The translations under genes were made by a program, and so were the position numbers. A DNA stretch of 59,484 nt, the filler included, from Sphacelaria rigidula (Eukaryota), in the NCBI GenBank assembly GCA_964200075.2. It is 4 parts of 4 records of this genome, joined end to end, with 100 filler letters (N's around TTAATTAATTAA, not from the genome) between each part and the next. Parts side by side here need not be neighbours in the genome. Positions count along the whole stretch, not along the records: positions 1 to 14,799 come from CAXNAA020002040.1; 3 more parts are not named here. One strand, given 5' to 3'. Positions 1 through 11,321 of this stretch are shown here, piece after piece. The notes below the pieces were generated by a model, which did no database searches, had not been told where the DNA came from, and saw only the letters and a program-made list of their open reading frames with translations. Each line of letters starts with the position of its first letter. Position 1 is the first letter of the stretch.

Positions 1-1365
1 AAAAAAAAAAAAAAAAAAAAAATATACACCCCCCCCCAAAAAAAAACACCCCACCCCCCCCCCCCCCCCCCCCCCTCCGCAATCACCCACCGATGGTGAG
101 ACACCCATGAGGCAGTGTATAAATATATAGGCCGTGGCTGTCTCTGGAAGTAACGATACCAGAAAATGAAGCAAGTTGTTGCAGGCTGCCATCCAAATGC
201 AAGATGATCAGAACGCTTCGGGCCGAACAATCTTAGCATGATGCAGCTCACCCTTCACACGACTCGCCGAGCACACCACGGGGTGCTTGGTGAATGATTG
301 CGAGCCTGGTCAGGCGAAAACCCGGCGTACTCCGTCCCGGCTTTGTAGGAATGCGAGGTCAATGGTTATATGACTACAAGTTGGGCCGGCAGTAGATCCC
401 ACATTCTCTCTCAGCACTGAAACTTCTCAAGTTTTCCAAATCAGCGTGACTTGAGCATATCGATGTGAACTGCAGACTAACCTGTTAACACACGGCACCG
501 CCGCTGCTTGATTGACGCAGTTTTGGCGATGATGTTATTGTACTGCATTGAGTACCGGGTACGTCTCTTGCCATTGCGTGACAACGTGTCTGGAGACGTT
601 TCGTTCCACAAAATGCGATGGAATTACGGTAGGCCGTTGCGCCGCATAGGCACACGCACAACCAGCATGCCCAGGCAAGAGCACACTGGTAGTATTGCAA
701 GATGGCATCAAGCTCGTCATAAACTCCATAATGGGAGAGAACCTCCAAGCCAACTGTTGTATATCACCGCACGAGGGAGAAGTAATACTTGAAACTGCGC
801 TATACCCCCCCCCCCCAAAAGCAAGACCGTCACCAAAGTATCGAGACCATGTGCAACCCGGAGGTACGAGAGATTATGCACGATTAGTATGCACAAAAAA
901 GTTATTGTCGTGTCGGGATTCGAACTCGTGATCTGTGTAATTTGAGGCTGTTGTATCCGTTTGACCAAAAGGGTCACACAAAGAGTACGACGCGAAGCCC
1001 AATTTTACGTCTTTTGGGCTGAAACTTCACGAGGATGTGGTTGACGCAAGTGCCCGTATGTGCCAGAGCGTTGTCATCGTTCTTTTATCGATTTTTGAGG
1101 AAGTTACAGCATTTCCCCTGTTTTTGCTGAAATTTCAACTCGCTCTAACTTCCTGTTTGTTTGTTTTATCCCGTGACGCCCCTTAGAGGCTTGAGCGGAT
1201 TGATGATAAAAATATCGTGTCAAAATTTCAGCACCCAACTCTTCGAATTGACAATAGCATCTCCTCTCTTCGTTTAAAAATCATTGACGACCGGCCCAGC
1301 TCGTATGGCATGCAAGATTATGGATACACCCAATCCCCGACTCGCCGCCGCGAAACGAAACTTAC

Positions 1366-1834
1366 CTGGTAAAGCAACCGTACCCGCCCCAACCGATCCT
1401 TTCCTCTTCCCCACAAGCACACACCCAGGCATCTTAGGCGTGGTCACCAAACACGCCACACCGACCCTAACAACCCCTTCCCTATGCGACGCAGCCACAG
1501 CCGCCATAGCCATCGCAGCGCTTGGAATCGACCGCACTGGCGAACTCCCCATTCCTCGTGTTCCACCCGGAAGAACTAGTTGCGGCGGGGGCGGGTGCAT
1601 CGGTGAAGGTGTACTGGAGGCGGCGCTTTGCGGGGGGGGACGGAAGGGGGAAATCCCCTGGTTTTGGCGGGAAGGAGATAACGCCTCGGCTGCGCGGGCC
1701 ACGGCTTCGACCGAGTCGGGGCTTTCTTCTTCCTCCTCCTCCTCCTCGCCGCCGTCCCGCTTTTGCAGCTGCTCCTCTGCTTTTCCTTCGGCTTGTGCTA
1801 ACGCCTTGTTGCCTTGTTTTTGCTGGTCATCATC
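1366..1834 (-). CDS. Exon 6: acidic/Pro-rich linker plus N-terminal half of a Nudix hydrolase (NUDT15/AtNUDX1/MutT-like)
   Basis: Acceptor ATACAG|GAT, donor CCAG|GTAAG. Encodes VRVGVACLV...CVLVGKRKGSVGAGTVALPG, which matches the family pattern VGV...VLLGKRKGSHGAGTWALPGG just before the Nudix box. The Nudix-box exon was not found in the contig. Confidence 0.75.
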
Positions 1835-2140
1835 CTGTATTGAATTAGTAAAAATATTAGATTACAAGGCAGACATGCAACCGAGCAAATACGACAAATT
1901 AAAACGTCTTGGTTAAATCCTGTGAACTTCGAACACCTCACGTGTCTCTCCTGATATTTTGCCCGCTCGACAATCTCGTGACTTTCCGGAGGACGCTCTT
2001 GTAGACGTAGCTGGACGCTTACCGGACATGATGAGTCGGCACGAGTGATGCAAAACTAAAAACTCCAGCCAACAGAGGTCCGGCAACCATTGACACGGGG
2101 GAAGAGGGGCGGTGCACGTTCATTCTGTTCATGGATTATC

Positions 2141-2475
2141 CAAAGGTTGTGTTGTGTAGGGTACGGGTACGCGCGGTAGAGTGTGACAATCTCTTGCAGA
2201 ACTTATAGAACTGTCGGGTACGCGCATGAAGGTCTTACAGAACTTACAGAACATTTCGAGGTAGGGTATGAACGTCGTACAGAAACCCTTACCCGCACCC
2301 GGGTAGTCCTGCAAGGGTATGCCCGTGCCCCGAGTACGGAGGCTTGCAGAAAGTACAGAACTGTCGGGTAAGGGTATGAGATGCTTATAAACCTCACATA
2401 ATTGTCGGGTACGGGTGATACCCAGGTGATGACCCCGGGTATACAGAGAATCGTACCCCACTGAACAGAACCTTG
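2141..2475. mobile_element. Non-autonomous TIR element (P/hAT-like) in an intron, with internal CGGGTA / TACAGAACT repeats
   Basis: Imperfect TIR CAAAGGTTGTGTTGTGTAGGGTAC ... GTACCCCACTGAACAGAACCTTG; flanks GATTATC / GATTATT. Confidence 0.6.
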
Positions 2476-2931
2476 GATTATTTCGAGGGTCGGAGTAAAT
2501 AATTCGTCTGGCAATTTCTTGATTTTAATGTGATTGATTTGCACCGTACGAACCAAATCTCAGGCTTCGTTCTCAGCGTTGCAGCCAGGAACGCGTAGCT
2601 CAGGCATGTGGAATGGCGCAAAAATTGCGTGGAGACCTTTTTGACCAGCGGGCAACTTTATCCTCTCTGCCGAGCAACCATGCCTGAAGATTCGCGCATT
2701 TGTTGATTCGAACCGGCGATGATTGGTCCGAACCGTGGATTACTTCCCCTTGTATATTGACGCCTTCGCATATGCGCAGCCACATGCACTCACTGGCGTG
2801 GTCACCGTTTTACTACTTCACAATACTACGATCGCAATATGCTACTATTCGCGGCATATCCTCAAGTAAGTATGACACGGCATATGCGTCGCAAGGGCCT
2901 GCTCTTATGCATGAATTTCCTCTCGATTCAA

Positions 2932-3050
2932 CCCTTTTGGGACCCACTGACGATTTTTGTTTTTTGTGAATCGGCATCATTTTGACTTGAAAATGACTGA
3001 AAACGATGCCGATTCACAAAAAACAAAATCGTCAGTGGGTCCCAGAAGGG
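2932..3050. mobile_element. piggyBac-like hairpin MITE
   Basis: Near-perfect inverted arms CCCTTTTGGGACCCACTGACGATTTT...GAATCGGCATC; CCC...GGG termini flanked by TCAA / TTAA. Confidence 0.7.
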
Positions 3051-3491
3051 TTAAAAACAATTATTTCACGACCCTCATCCGTTCAGCGCACAACCAGGGG
3101 TGGGTTTGGACGACAAAAGGGTAAATATCTGGCTGACTGATTAGATTTGATGACCGGATTTTTCGCACATCAACTGCTCCTAGAGGAATCCAGCCCAGGC
3201 CACAAGATACATGCACCCAAGGTGAAAACAACATATGTTGTCGCAGAGGAAATATCGAGGAAGGGAAAAGACTAAATTATTACAGAACAAACACTAGATT
3301 CAAGCATCCTACTCTACCTAACCTGACCCACTGTATGCTAGTTTGACCATGTAGGCGTGGCGGCCATGTTGACCACAAGAAACGACATGATCTGGCTCGC
3401 GGCTGCAGCAAAGACACAACCACAATCATGTCGAGAACGAAAATTCACGAAAAAAAAAAAGACACGTGAGAAGTAAAAATATATAACTCAC

Positions 3492-3566
3492 CCCTTCCTC
3501 TACGAGCCAATCCTCCAAGCTCCACGCCTCCTGACTGCTTTCAAAAGCGGTAATCCAGTTGTTCGC
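3492..3566 (-). CDS. Exon 5 (ANNWITAFESSQEAWSLEDWLVEEG)
   Basis: Acceptor TTTTTTGACAG|, donor GGG|GTGAGT. 75 nt, phase 0-0. Confidence 0.65.
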
Positions 3567-3902
3567 CTGTCAAAAAATGGGGGGCAGGGATGAGGGGAAG
3601 CCCCCGGAGAACAAACGTACGACGAGAAGGTAGTGGGTGGCGAGGAAACAGAAAAAAAGGGAAGGTAATACATTTCAAATCGTCAAAACGAGGTTACCAC
3701 TGAAGCCTAACGTTTATCGAACGCCATCATAATACACCACTGTTCGGATCTTTCTAGGTCAAACGAGCGTTCACCTTTTGACGGCGAGGGTAGGTCATCT
3801 GGTCGTGCCGTAAATTCTCACGTGAACTTGACGCTGACTCAACAGGTCACCTATGCTCGCCGTCAAAGGGTTACGCGAGGGTACAGCACGGCAAAAGCTC
3901 AC

Positions 3903-3998
3903 CTGAGACAGCGAGCCTTCTGTGTCCGCTAGGGTGAGAGAAAATGCTGACACCTGCGACAGTCCCGCCATGCCCATATCCTGGCTCATCTCCGGTTC
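3903..3998 (-). CDS. Exon 4 (EPEMSQDMGMAGLSQVSAFSLTLADTEGSLSQ)
   Basis: Pyrimidine-rich acceptor TTTCCCCCGTTGCTACCACGACCAG|, donor CAG|GTGAGC. 96 nt, phase 0-0. An alternative acceptor at 4059 also exists. Confidence 0.55.
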
Positions 3999-4099
3999 CT
4001 GGTCGTGGTAGCAACGGGGGAAATATTCGACATTCATACTCAGTTACCAAGATCAACAACTGTCAGCAACGCCAAACATATTGAAGCACTTACAAATTG

Positions 4100-4800
4100 A
4101 CATCATAACAACAACAGCAGCAACAATAGCTACAACGATAGCAACAACCCCAGCAAATACAGGATGTGTGGTTATTACAGGCGTGGTAATACAATCTTTG
4201 GCTTAGATGACAATCTCGCGATGGAGGGAGTCGATGAAAGCATGGTGAAGTATCACTATTACGAGGGAACATTGTTAGCACGAGTGGATACATGAACGGA
4301 CGTGACTCGAGCGTTCACGGGTCGATCTCAACAAACAATAGATAGCTCGGATGAACCACAAGGTCCACGTGATGAACGGCCAGCGACAAAAAAAAAAAAA
4401 ACGTACTCAAGAAGTTGAGGCCCACTTCGTGAATTTTTGCTGTTGGCGTCGCTCCAAACCTGGCTACTACTTTTCTAATACTCCTGATTTTAATAACAAT
4501 GTTCCCCCGTGATAGTGCGAGAAGCACGCGAGTCATACAGCTCGATAGTGTACTGGTTACTTTCGAAAATATTGCTCAATCCCAACGGAACAGCAACAAC
4601 AACAACAGATACAGGATGAGTGGTTGTTACAGGCGCGGTGATACAAGCAAGGCCTCGTGACGGGGTCGATGAAGGCATGGTGGAGTATGATTAGTGCGAG
4701 AAGCACGTGAATCATACAGCCCAACATTGCACCATTTACTTTCAAAATCTTGTTCAGCCCCTACGAAATAACAACGAAAGCAACAAAAACAACGAAAACG
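4100..4800. repeat. Diverged intronic direct repeats (CAA-rich tract followed by ATACAGGATG.GTGGTT.TTACAGGCG; TAGTGCGAGAAGCACG)
   Basis: Blocks recur near 4155 and 4610, and near 4513 and 4692. Confidence 0.55.
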
Positions 4801-5383
4801 TAAATCAGTACAAGCAGAGTGCCACAACTCACACGTAAACACTGTATCCGCATAAGACTGCTATCGTTCTCTAACCCAAGTTCGCGGAGCAGCACGGGCT
4901 GCTTGATCCTACAAAATGAGCGCAAAGTAGGGTCCGGACAGCTAGCAAGCTTCTGGCCGTGGGGGTTGACCTCTCGTGGATATCATCTAGGGGATCAAAA
5001 TTTCGGAAGCCCAGGAACGCCAGGAACATGCGGCCAAAACATGAAAAATATGCGGGATGTAAGGTTGCCACTGGAGCACGGCAATTTTTCGTTGCCTCAG
5101 AAAAACATGCAACCAATCTGCTACACATGGGGTATACTCCGAAAACGTCGGCCATACAACGTTCGACTTCAACGAGGGAAGGGGACCGCCAAACCCTTCT
5201 TGCAATTATTAAGGCAAGCAAGCACGGCAGAGAGAAGATGGACTAATGATAATACAAGAAGGAAAAAAAATCCTGTGTTGACCTTCCACTTGTACGATCC
5301 CGGCTCATGCGCCGACATACACGGAAAGGTTTACACTGGCGTCCAGAATAGGTGGGATGACAACACACACACACAACACATAC

Positions 5384-5509
5384 CTTATATATCGATTCTT
5401 GAGAGCATGGTTCCAGAAGCGCAGCCTCCAGGCTAGCCGCTACTCCTTGGCCTGCTGCGTCCCCCCCCGCGCAATCACCCAGCGAACCTGCCCGTGGTCG
5501 ACCGCAAAC
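5384..5509 (-). CDS. Exon 3 (VCGRPRAG...LLEPCSQESIYK)
   Basis: Acceptor GTGCAG|, donor AAG|GTATGT. 126 nt, phase 0-0; the other two frames contain stops. Confidence 0.6.
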
Positions 5510-6193
5510 CTGCACGCCACAACACCAAACTTTTTTTTACATTATTTTACAGTCGGACAGATCACGATTCGTCTGAAAATTACTCCTTCTCAGTATACTG
5601 AACCGGGTCATGATGCACATCAGTTGGCCCCCCTTTCTCATGTTTACTCCTTTCAACGCCGGACGCCGAGCACACCGAGTACCGCAAAGGTTGCGCTTTC
5701 GGCTTTTCTGACTCCGCCGTCACATATTTCGCGTTTTTGGACCAACAGATTCGAAATTCTTCTTTGATTGGTTGTTTCGGATAGATTGTCATCCGTCCGA
5801 TGTGTGCATTATTTGGTCGTACTGTTCTGTATCCCCTTCTCCCTCGGGACGACCCTGTAGTCTGCCGGGATCACCGTATCTCTGCGTCGGTGCTAGCCCG
5901 CCAATTTTTCTCAACGAGCATCGACTCACCACCCGCACACTTCGTCCATTTTGGTCCAAAGTTCATTCTCATGGTCCAGATCAAGGGTATACAATAGTCG
6001 TACGAGTACGAGTACCATCGGGGTTTCTCTCTAGTGCGGTCATACCGAGCCGACAAGTCACCGCGTTATAGTGGGACCACCGTTGCAACTGTAAATTTAA
6101 CATGGATAAAGTGCATGAGGCTCAAAATCGCGGAGGGAAAGAAAACCCCGTCTACTGGATGCTTTTTCCGTTGCAAGGTTGACTGCTGCATAC

Positions 6194-6327
6194 CTGCTGC
6201 GTCGGCTGGGGCTGCTGCATTTGCTGGTGCTGGGGTGATGCTGGCGGCTGCTGCAGTAAAGGGAGAACTTGCTGCTGCTGGTGGTGGTGTAGCTGTAACC
6301 CTTGCGCCTGAGCGTGTGCCTGCATCA

Positions 6328-6358
<31 letters not shown>

Positions 6359-6499
6359 ATTGGTAGGCTGTGATTGGGTGAGCTGCGACGTGCTGAAGAG
6401 GGAATTGTCATTGTTCTGATATTTCTCGATGATAGCCTGCTGCCGCTTGTAGTCCCTCGCCAGTTGTACCATTGCCGTATTGGCGTCTGCCAACATTGT
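6194..6499 (-). CDS. Exon 2: coiled-coil continuation (TMLADANTAMVQLARDYKRQQAIIEKY) plus poly-Q
   Basis: Acceptor TGCGCAG| at 6500/6499, donor CAG|GTATGC at 6194/6193. 306 nt, phase 0-0, contains a CAG tract. Confidence 0.75.
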
Positions 6500-6729
6500 C
6501 TGCGCAGAATACATGTACGAAACGTCCAACGCAGCAACCAGTAAAAAAGAAATAAGAGGAAAAATTATCGCTGGCTCAACTTCAATTCTGACGACCACGA
6601 ATTACACCATTTATCGCATCTTACTACGACGTTGATTCCGAATCGTAACATTTCTGTTATCGGGTACGTACGAATTTCAACAGGTCCAACAGCGGTTAGA
6701 ACGAAATGAAGGGTGTACCTTACATTCGT

Positions 6730-6910
6730 AATCATGTACAAAAAGTACTTGACTGAGCTTGCTTGACGAAAGTTTACGCGGTGCGGGAGTGCTGACCCAA
6801 TCCGCGAGAACAACACGCGAGGCGTGTAACAGGGAGAGATGGGTCGATCCCTTGAGACCATTAGAGTACGGACTCGTCCCGAGGAAGGGGAGGGGTTCGG
6901 AGTATGACAA
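6730..6910 (+). mobile_element. Body of a tRNA-derived SINE family (head degenerate)
   Basis: Shares GCGGGAGT(GT)GCTGACCCAATCCGCGAGA...GAGAGATGGGT.GATC.CTTGAGACCA...TCCCGAGGAA with 14490-14650. Confidence 0.6.
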
Positions 6911-7672
6911 GTATACACAGATGTATACATAAGGCGCTTATAAACAACATGCACCAGCACAGCACGGGTCGGAATAGAAACGCGCGGGGCGGCCAATACC
7001 ACCGCGGGCACCCGCAAACCTTGAAAAACAAAAACCGAGTCACCGCGCGTACAGATTATTCCTGCAGTACACACAATTGTTCAACATACTCCATCAGGCG
7101 AACAAACCCTGATGTACAGGAACAAAAAAACACCGTCGATCACCAATGAAACCCCATCTATAGCGTGCAACCTTTCAAATTCCTCCTTTCGTAAGAAGCT
7201 TCTTGGCCAGCCTACAACACTGTCTTACTCGGCACATCACCTAACCCCCTCTACAGTTCAGGATAAGGAGCAGGTAAGGTAGGTGGGCATGGGAGTTTTA
7301 AACCGAGTCTGGGTTCAAATCACAGTCTCGCGGGGGGGTATACTCATGATCTTGCATGCCATCGTCATATGGCCACTGGGGGGGCGGAGGGGTGAAGTCA
7401 CGATGAAGTTTGCGCGAGAAGCTGACTTGTGCGTATGTAGAACGCCAAAATGTTGCGCACTGGAATAATCCCCTCTTATTTTCATATCCTCTAAAAATTG
7501 CTTTGCAACATGGCTGGTAACTTAAATGCTCTTTTCTCCTCGCCCTCCCCATTGCTCCGTTTCGAAATGGATGCGTGACGAACGGTAAAACGACTAAGGC
7601 AAGGAAGAACTGGGTACGTCCCCCGCCCGCCCACCCGCCCGCCCATCCCTACCTGAAACCGCCTAATCTTAC

Positions 7673-8434
7673 CCTCGCTTGTGCCAGTTCACGCTCCATT
7701 CTCTCCCGATACACCTTGTGTGTCTCGGGGTTCCGAATGTATTTTTTCTTCGGTTTCTTCGCTGGCGGAGGGCCTTCACTACTCCCACCGCCCCCCGCAT
7801 CAGGCCCCTTCTTTCCGTCGCCTTGCCCTTCAGCCGACCCTGAAGACTCGGCGGCAACGCCGCCGCTGCGATCCATCCCATTCCCATGCCCCGCTTGACC
7901 GTTAGCTGCCGCCGCTGCAGCTCCGCCACTGCTGCCATTGTCCCCACCGGGGGTCCCTCGCGTACTAGCTCGCTGCTTAGAGCTGGCGCCTCCTGCGGTC
8001 GAGTTTGAGACCGGCGGTTTTACGTCCCCGTTGGATGACGTGGCCGACGGAGAGGTTGAGGTTCGATTCGCCGACGAACCGGCACTGGCTGCGCCGCGTG
8101 ATTTTCGGGAGCCCCCGCGGCTGGACCGCCGTCGACCTCCGGCGCCGCCAGAGCTTGCCGTCTGTGCTTTCCCTCCCGAGCCGGAATTGTGTTGTCTGCT
8201 GTTGTCACAGTTCGCAGCGTGGTCAGCGGCCAAGATTTGGTTGGCGAGATCTTCACACCCAACGTCTACTTCTAGGGACTGCTGGGATTCTTCCCTTGAA
8301 TCTACGCCACCGTACCCGCCTCCGGAAGCACGGCAAGCGGCGGCGTGTGACTGAGCTGAGGAAGACGAGGAACTTCCCCTCGTGGTCGCGCCCATAGAGT
8401 GGCTCCGCGAAGATGGGGCTCTCGAGCGCTTCAT
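7673..8434 (-). CDS. Exon 1 of a putative bZIP-like/polyQ/Nudix gene (Gly/Ser-rich region, then basic region KKPKKKYIRNPETHKVYRERMERELAQAR)
   Basis: ATG at 8434 opens 254 codons to a canonical donor AGG|GTAAGA at 7673/7672. The basic region has bZIP-like N-x7-R spacing and an NLS-like KKPKKK. Confidence 0.7.
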
Positions 8435-9431
8435 GTGACGTGTAATCGCCCGGAAAACGCGGGGATATATATGCTTTGCGGAGATACGAAGAGTCTCTGA
8501 AGGAGCGGCAGAGAGTTGACAAGAACCTTGTTTCGTGGTTACGGTAGTGCAGCGAGGGAAAGGTTGCAGGAGTGCGGGGAGATAAAGGTTGCAGCAGTCT
8601 TGGAATCTCTTTTGTTGTTATTTGCCGAATGGGTTCATCGGGGTGGTCTTCGAGATCACTGGGCCTTTGCCCTTGAATAAATACGCCTCTAGCTTTTTTG
8701 GTGGCGGGCCTGAAGACTTTAGAGAAGCCATTCTCTGTTATTCTTACCAATACCAACAGGAAGAGACATCATTAAAAATTGGACAATGTGTCCTGACTTT
8801 TTCACACCCTGGATAATGACAATATATCACGTTGTCAAAAAGTCTAGATCTTGGATCCTATTGCCAATATCCACAATCTGGAACGAGACCACATTCGGGA
8901 GGAGATATCACGGCTCAAACGTTCCGCCCGCGCGTCATCAGGATCAATCAAGAATGCTGGAGATGACTTTCATTTCGGGATTGAAATAACTTATGACGAA
9001 GACTAGACTATCGCAATCAACCGCCATGCCAGTAGCCTATTGCTGGTGTAGTACGTGCCGTTTCGGGAGAAAGAAACTCGCCGGTTTACTGATCTACGGT
9101 TGACATCCTTTGTTACGTTTCAATACTATATGTGTTGTGGTTCGGGTCGTTGTACACATGTCCACTAGTTCACACATGATCCAGCGGAAAATACGCAAGC
9201 CTTTCCCTGGTTCAAAGCTGGTCGTACGTGAGAAACGCCTCTTTTGCCGTGCAGCTCAAGGATGGTCATCTGAGATTTGCTCGGTTCAGAGGTGGCCATG
9301 TGAGAGCTTGCGCTGCACGTGAAAAGCCTTGAAGAAAACTTTCGCAGTCAACCAATTGGTTTACTCGTTGCGCGACCACGCTAATTGTTTCGAGTATTGG
9401 GTTGATAACATTCCCGCGAATACTGAGTGTG

Positions 9432-9535
9432 GGGCGGGGGGGGGGGGGGGGGGCAGGAATTTTGGGGGGGGGAAAAAGGCAGGGGGAAAAGGGGAAAGCG
9501 GGGGCCGGGGGACGGGGGGGGGCAAANNNNTGGGG

Positions 9536-9572
<37 letters not shown>

Positions 9573-9601
9573 GGGGGGGGGGGGGGGGAGGGGGGGGGGG
9601 G
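9432..9601. repeat. Poly-G tract with an internal NNNN (low-quality region)
   Basis: Seen directly; N at 9527-9530. Confidence 0.85.
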
Positions 9602-10930
9602 ACACGAATTTTGAGTGCTGGAAAATGGCATGCAGTATAGGGATAGACGGACGCCAGGTGCACGTGGGGGCTAAACGGACTTTCTTCAAAAGGTATTGCA
9701 GTAGCTGCAGCCGAACAGGAATCCTCTCGGGCGGCACTGCCAAGTGGCGGGGGTCATGGCATGGCCGATAATGACCGATAGGTACTGTTGGCTTCGCGCC
9801 GACGTTATATGACGCCACATACGCGGCGTTGGGTTTGACATTTTTTTTCATGATATGTAGATAGAGATACATGGCTACAAGTACTGCTGGCGATATTGAT
9901 GTTCACGACGTCTGTAGGTGTTACGTTAATAATGGCATGATGGGGCGAGGACATGAATAAATAACGATAGCGAATATGCGGTACTCTTTTCGACTCCAAA
10001 TCCCCACATCTCTTACAGGCACCGTCTCTGTCAAACGCAACTATTCCGAAGTCACGAAAACAGTTCCTCCAACCGGCGTCAAGCCGGAGAGGCCTAGGTG
10101 CTCAAGAGATTAACCGGTTGACCTTCAGTCCCCTCAGATCGCTCAATATGGCTTATGGTCAAATTCATCTACGGATCTGTTGTTTTACAAGTGGCACAGC
10201 ACCCCTACTTACCTGAGCGGGTGGATGTTACGTATGTGTACGGAAATTCGTGCATGTGCACCCCTGGCCCCTGGCCGCTTATTGGGCGATTTCTAGGAGA
10301 ACTTCGTGCATCATTCCACCAAATGAGAACCACTAAAATCGACACCCTACCCCTGTTTAGGCGCGTTGCCCGACCTGTAAATTTCTGGAAACACACTTGA
10401 CTGATCTGGGAAGCATTCGCTGCCGCTCGGGGAACCTGAACGCCCCCCGTCAAAAACATCGAAACCCCTGAACTCTAAGAGGGATAAACTGTTCCGAAAC
10501 GATGCTAAAGGGCCGACGGGATAAATACAAAGTTTTGTTTGAAGTGCGCGACTAGTTTTCCTGGGGTTCGGAAAATCGGAATACGCAGTTGAATAGAGCG
10601 GAGGGACAATGCTCATGTACGCATGATAATGCCGTGCGACATGATGTGCAGCCACCTCTCCTTTCCTTCATAGCGTGTTTCCTCCTCCCCCCTCTCACCG
10701 TCAACCATTTAAAGAAACGCCCGGCCAGCACTAACGGGACTCTGGGCGTGTTTCGACATCACGCTCGAGCTGTAATAGTGAAATCTATCCTCGGCATGGC
10801 AACGCGTCGAGTGCTTGTACTTGGGTGTCGAAACGGTTGGGATTGATTGTGCTGGAGAATCGAGTGAGGTGCAAGCGTAAGAAGAACCATGAACGAAAAT
10901 GATGATGTTTAGTGTGGAATCTGCCATTTT

Positions 10931-11321
10931 TAGAGCTCGGAAATGGTGCCACTTATAACTGGCCATTATGATTATAATGGTGATGATGGTAATGGTTATA
11001 TGAAAAAATTGGATAATTGTTTCAAACCATTATTGACCGTTACCGGCTACGTATGCTACATACAGCCCTTGAAAATTGGCCCAATTTTGACGTATATTTT
11101 ACGTAGCTCTAGTGAAGATAAATCGCGTTAAAACGTGCCTCCGGCACGGCGACTCCAGCGGGGCCCTCCGGCGGGGTCCACTCTACCGGGCGGGGGGCTT
11201 TTCGGCTCGCGGCTGCACCGCTCGATGGCCAAACCATAATGTATCATTCAACTGGTGAATGAGTGCGCTACGCGTAACCATTCAACTGGTTAATGGTTAG
11301 ACATACCATTTCCGAGCTCTA
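10931..11321. mobile_element. hAT-like MITE
   Basis: 17-bp perfect TIR TAGAGCTCGGAAATGGT; degenerate 8-bp TSD GCCATTTT / GCTATTTC. Confidence 0.75.

Noticed and set aside
485-754. Possible next exon of the Nudix gene (GLEVLSHYGVYDELDAILQYY)
   Set aside because: Phase is compatible but it encodes no Nudix box; unsupported.
905-990. Minus-strand B-box GAGTTCGAATCCC (tRNA/SINE head)
   Set aside because: No cloverleaf and no second copy in the window; too weak to call.
3492-3566. Importin-beta/transportin N-terminal similarity (ANNWITAFESSQEAW)
   Set aside because: Short resemblance only; no HEAT-repeat sequence follows.
9266-9872. Poly-Pro/poly-Gly ORFs and G-quadruplex locus
   Set aside because: Products of an N-containing poly-G tract, likely a sequencing or assembly artefact.
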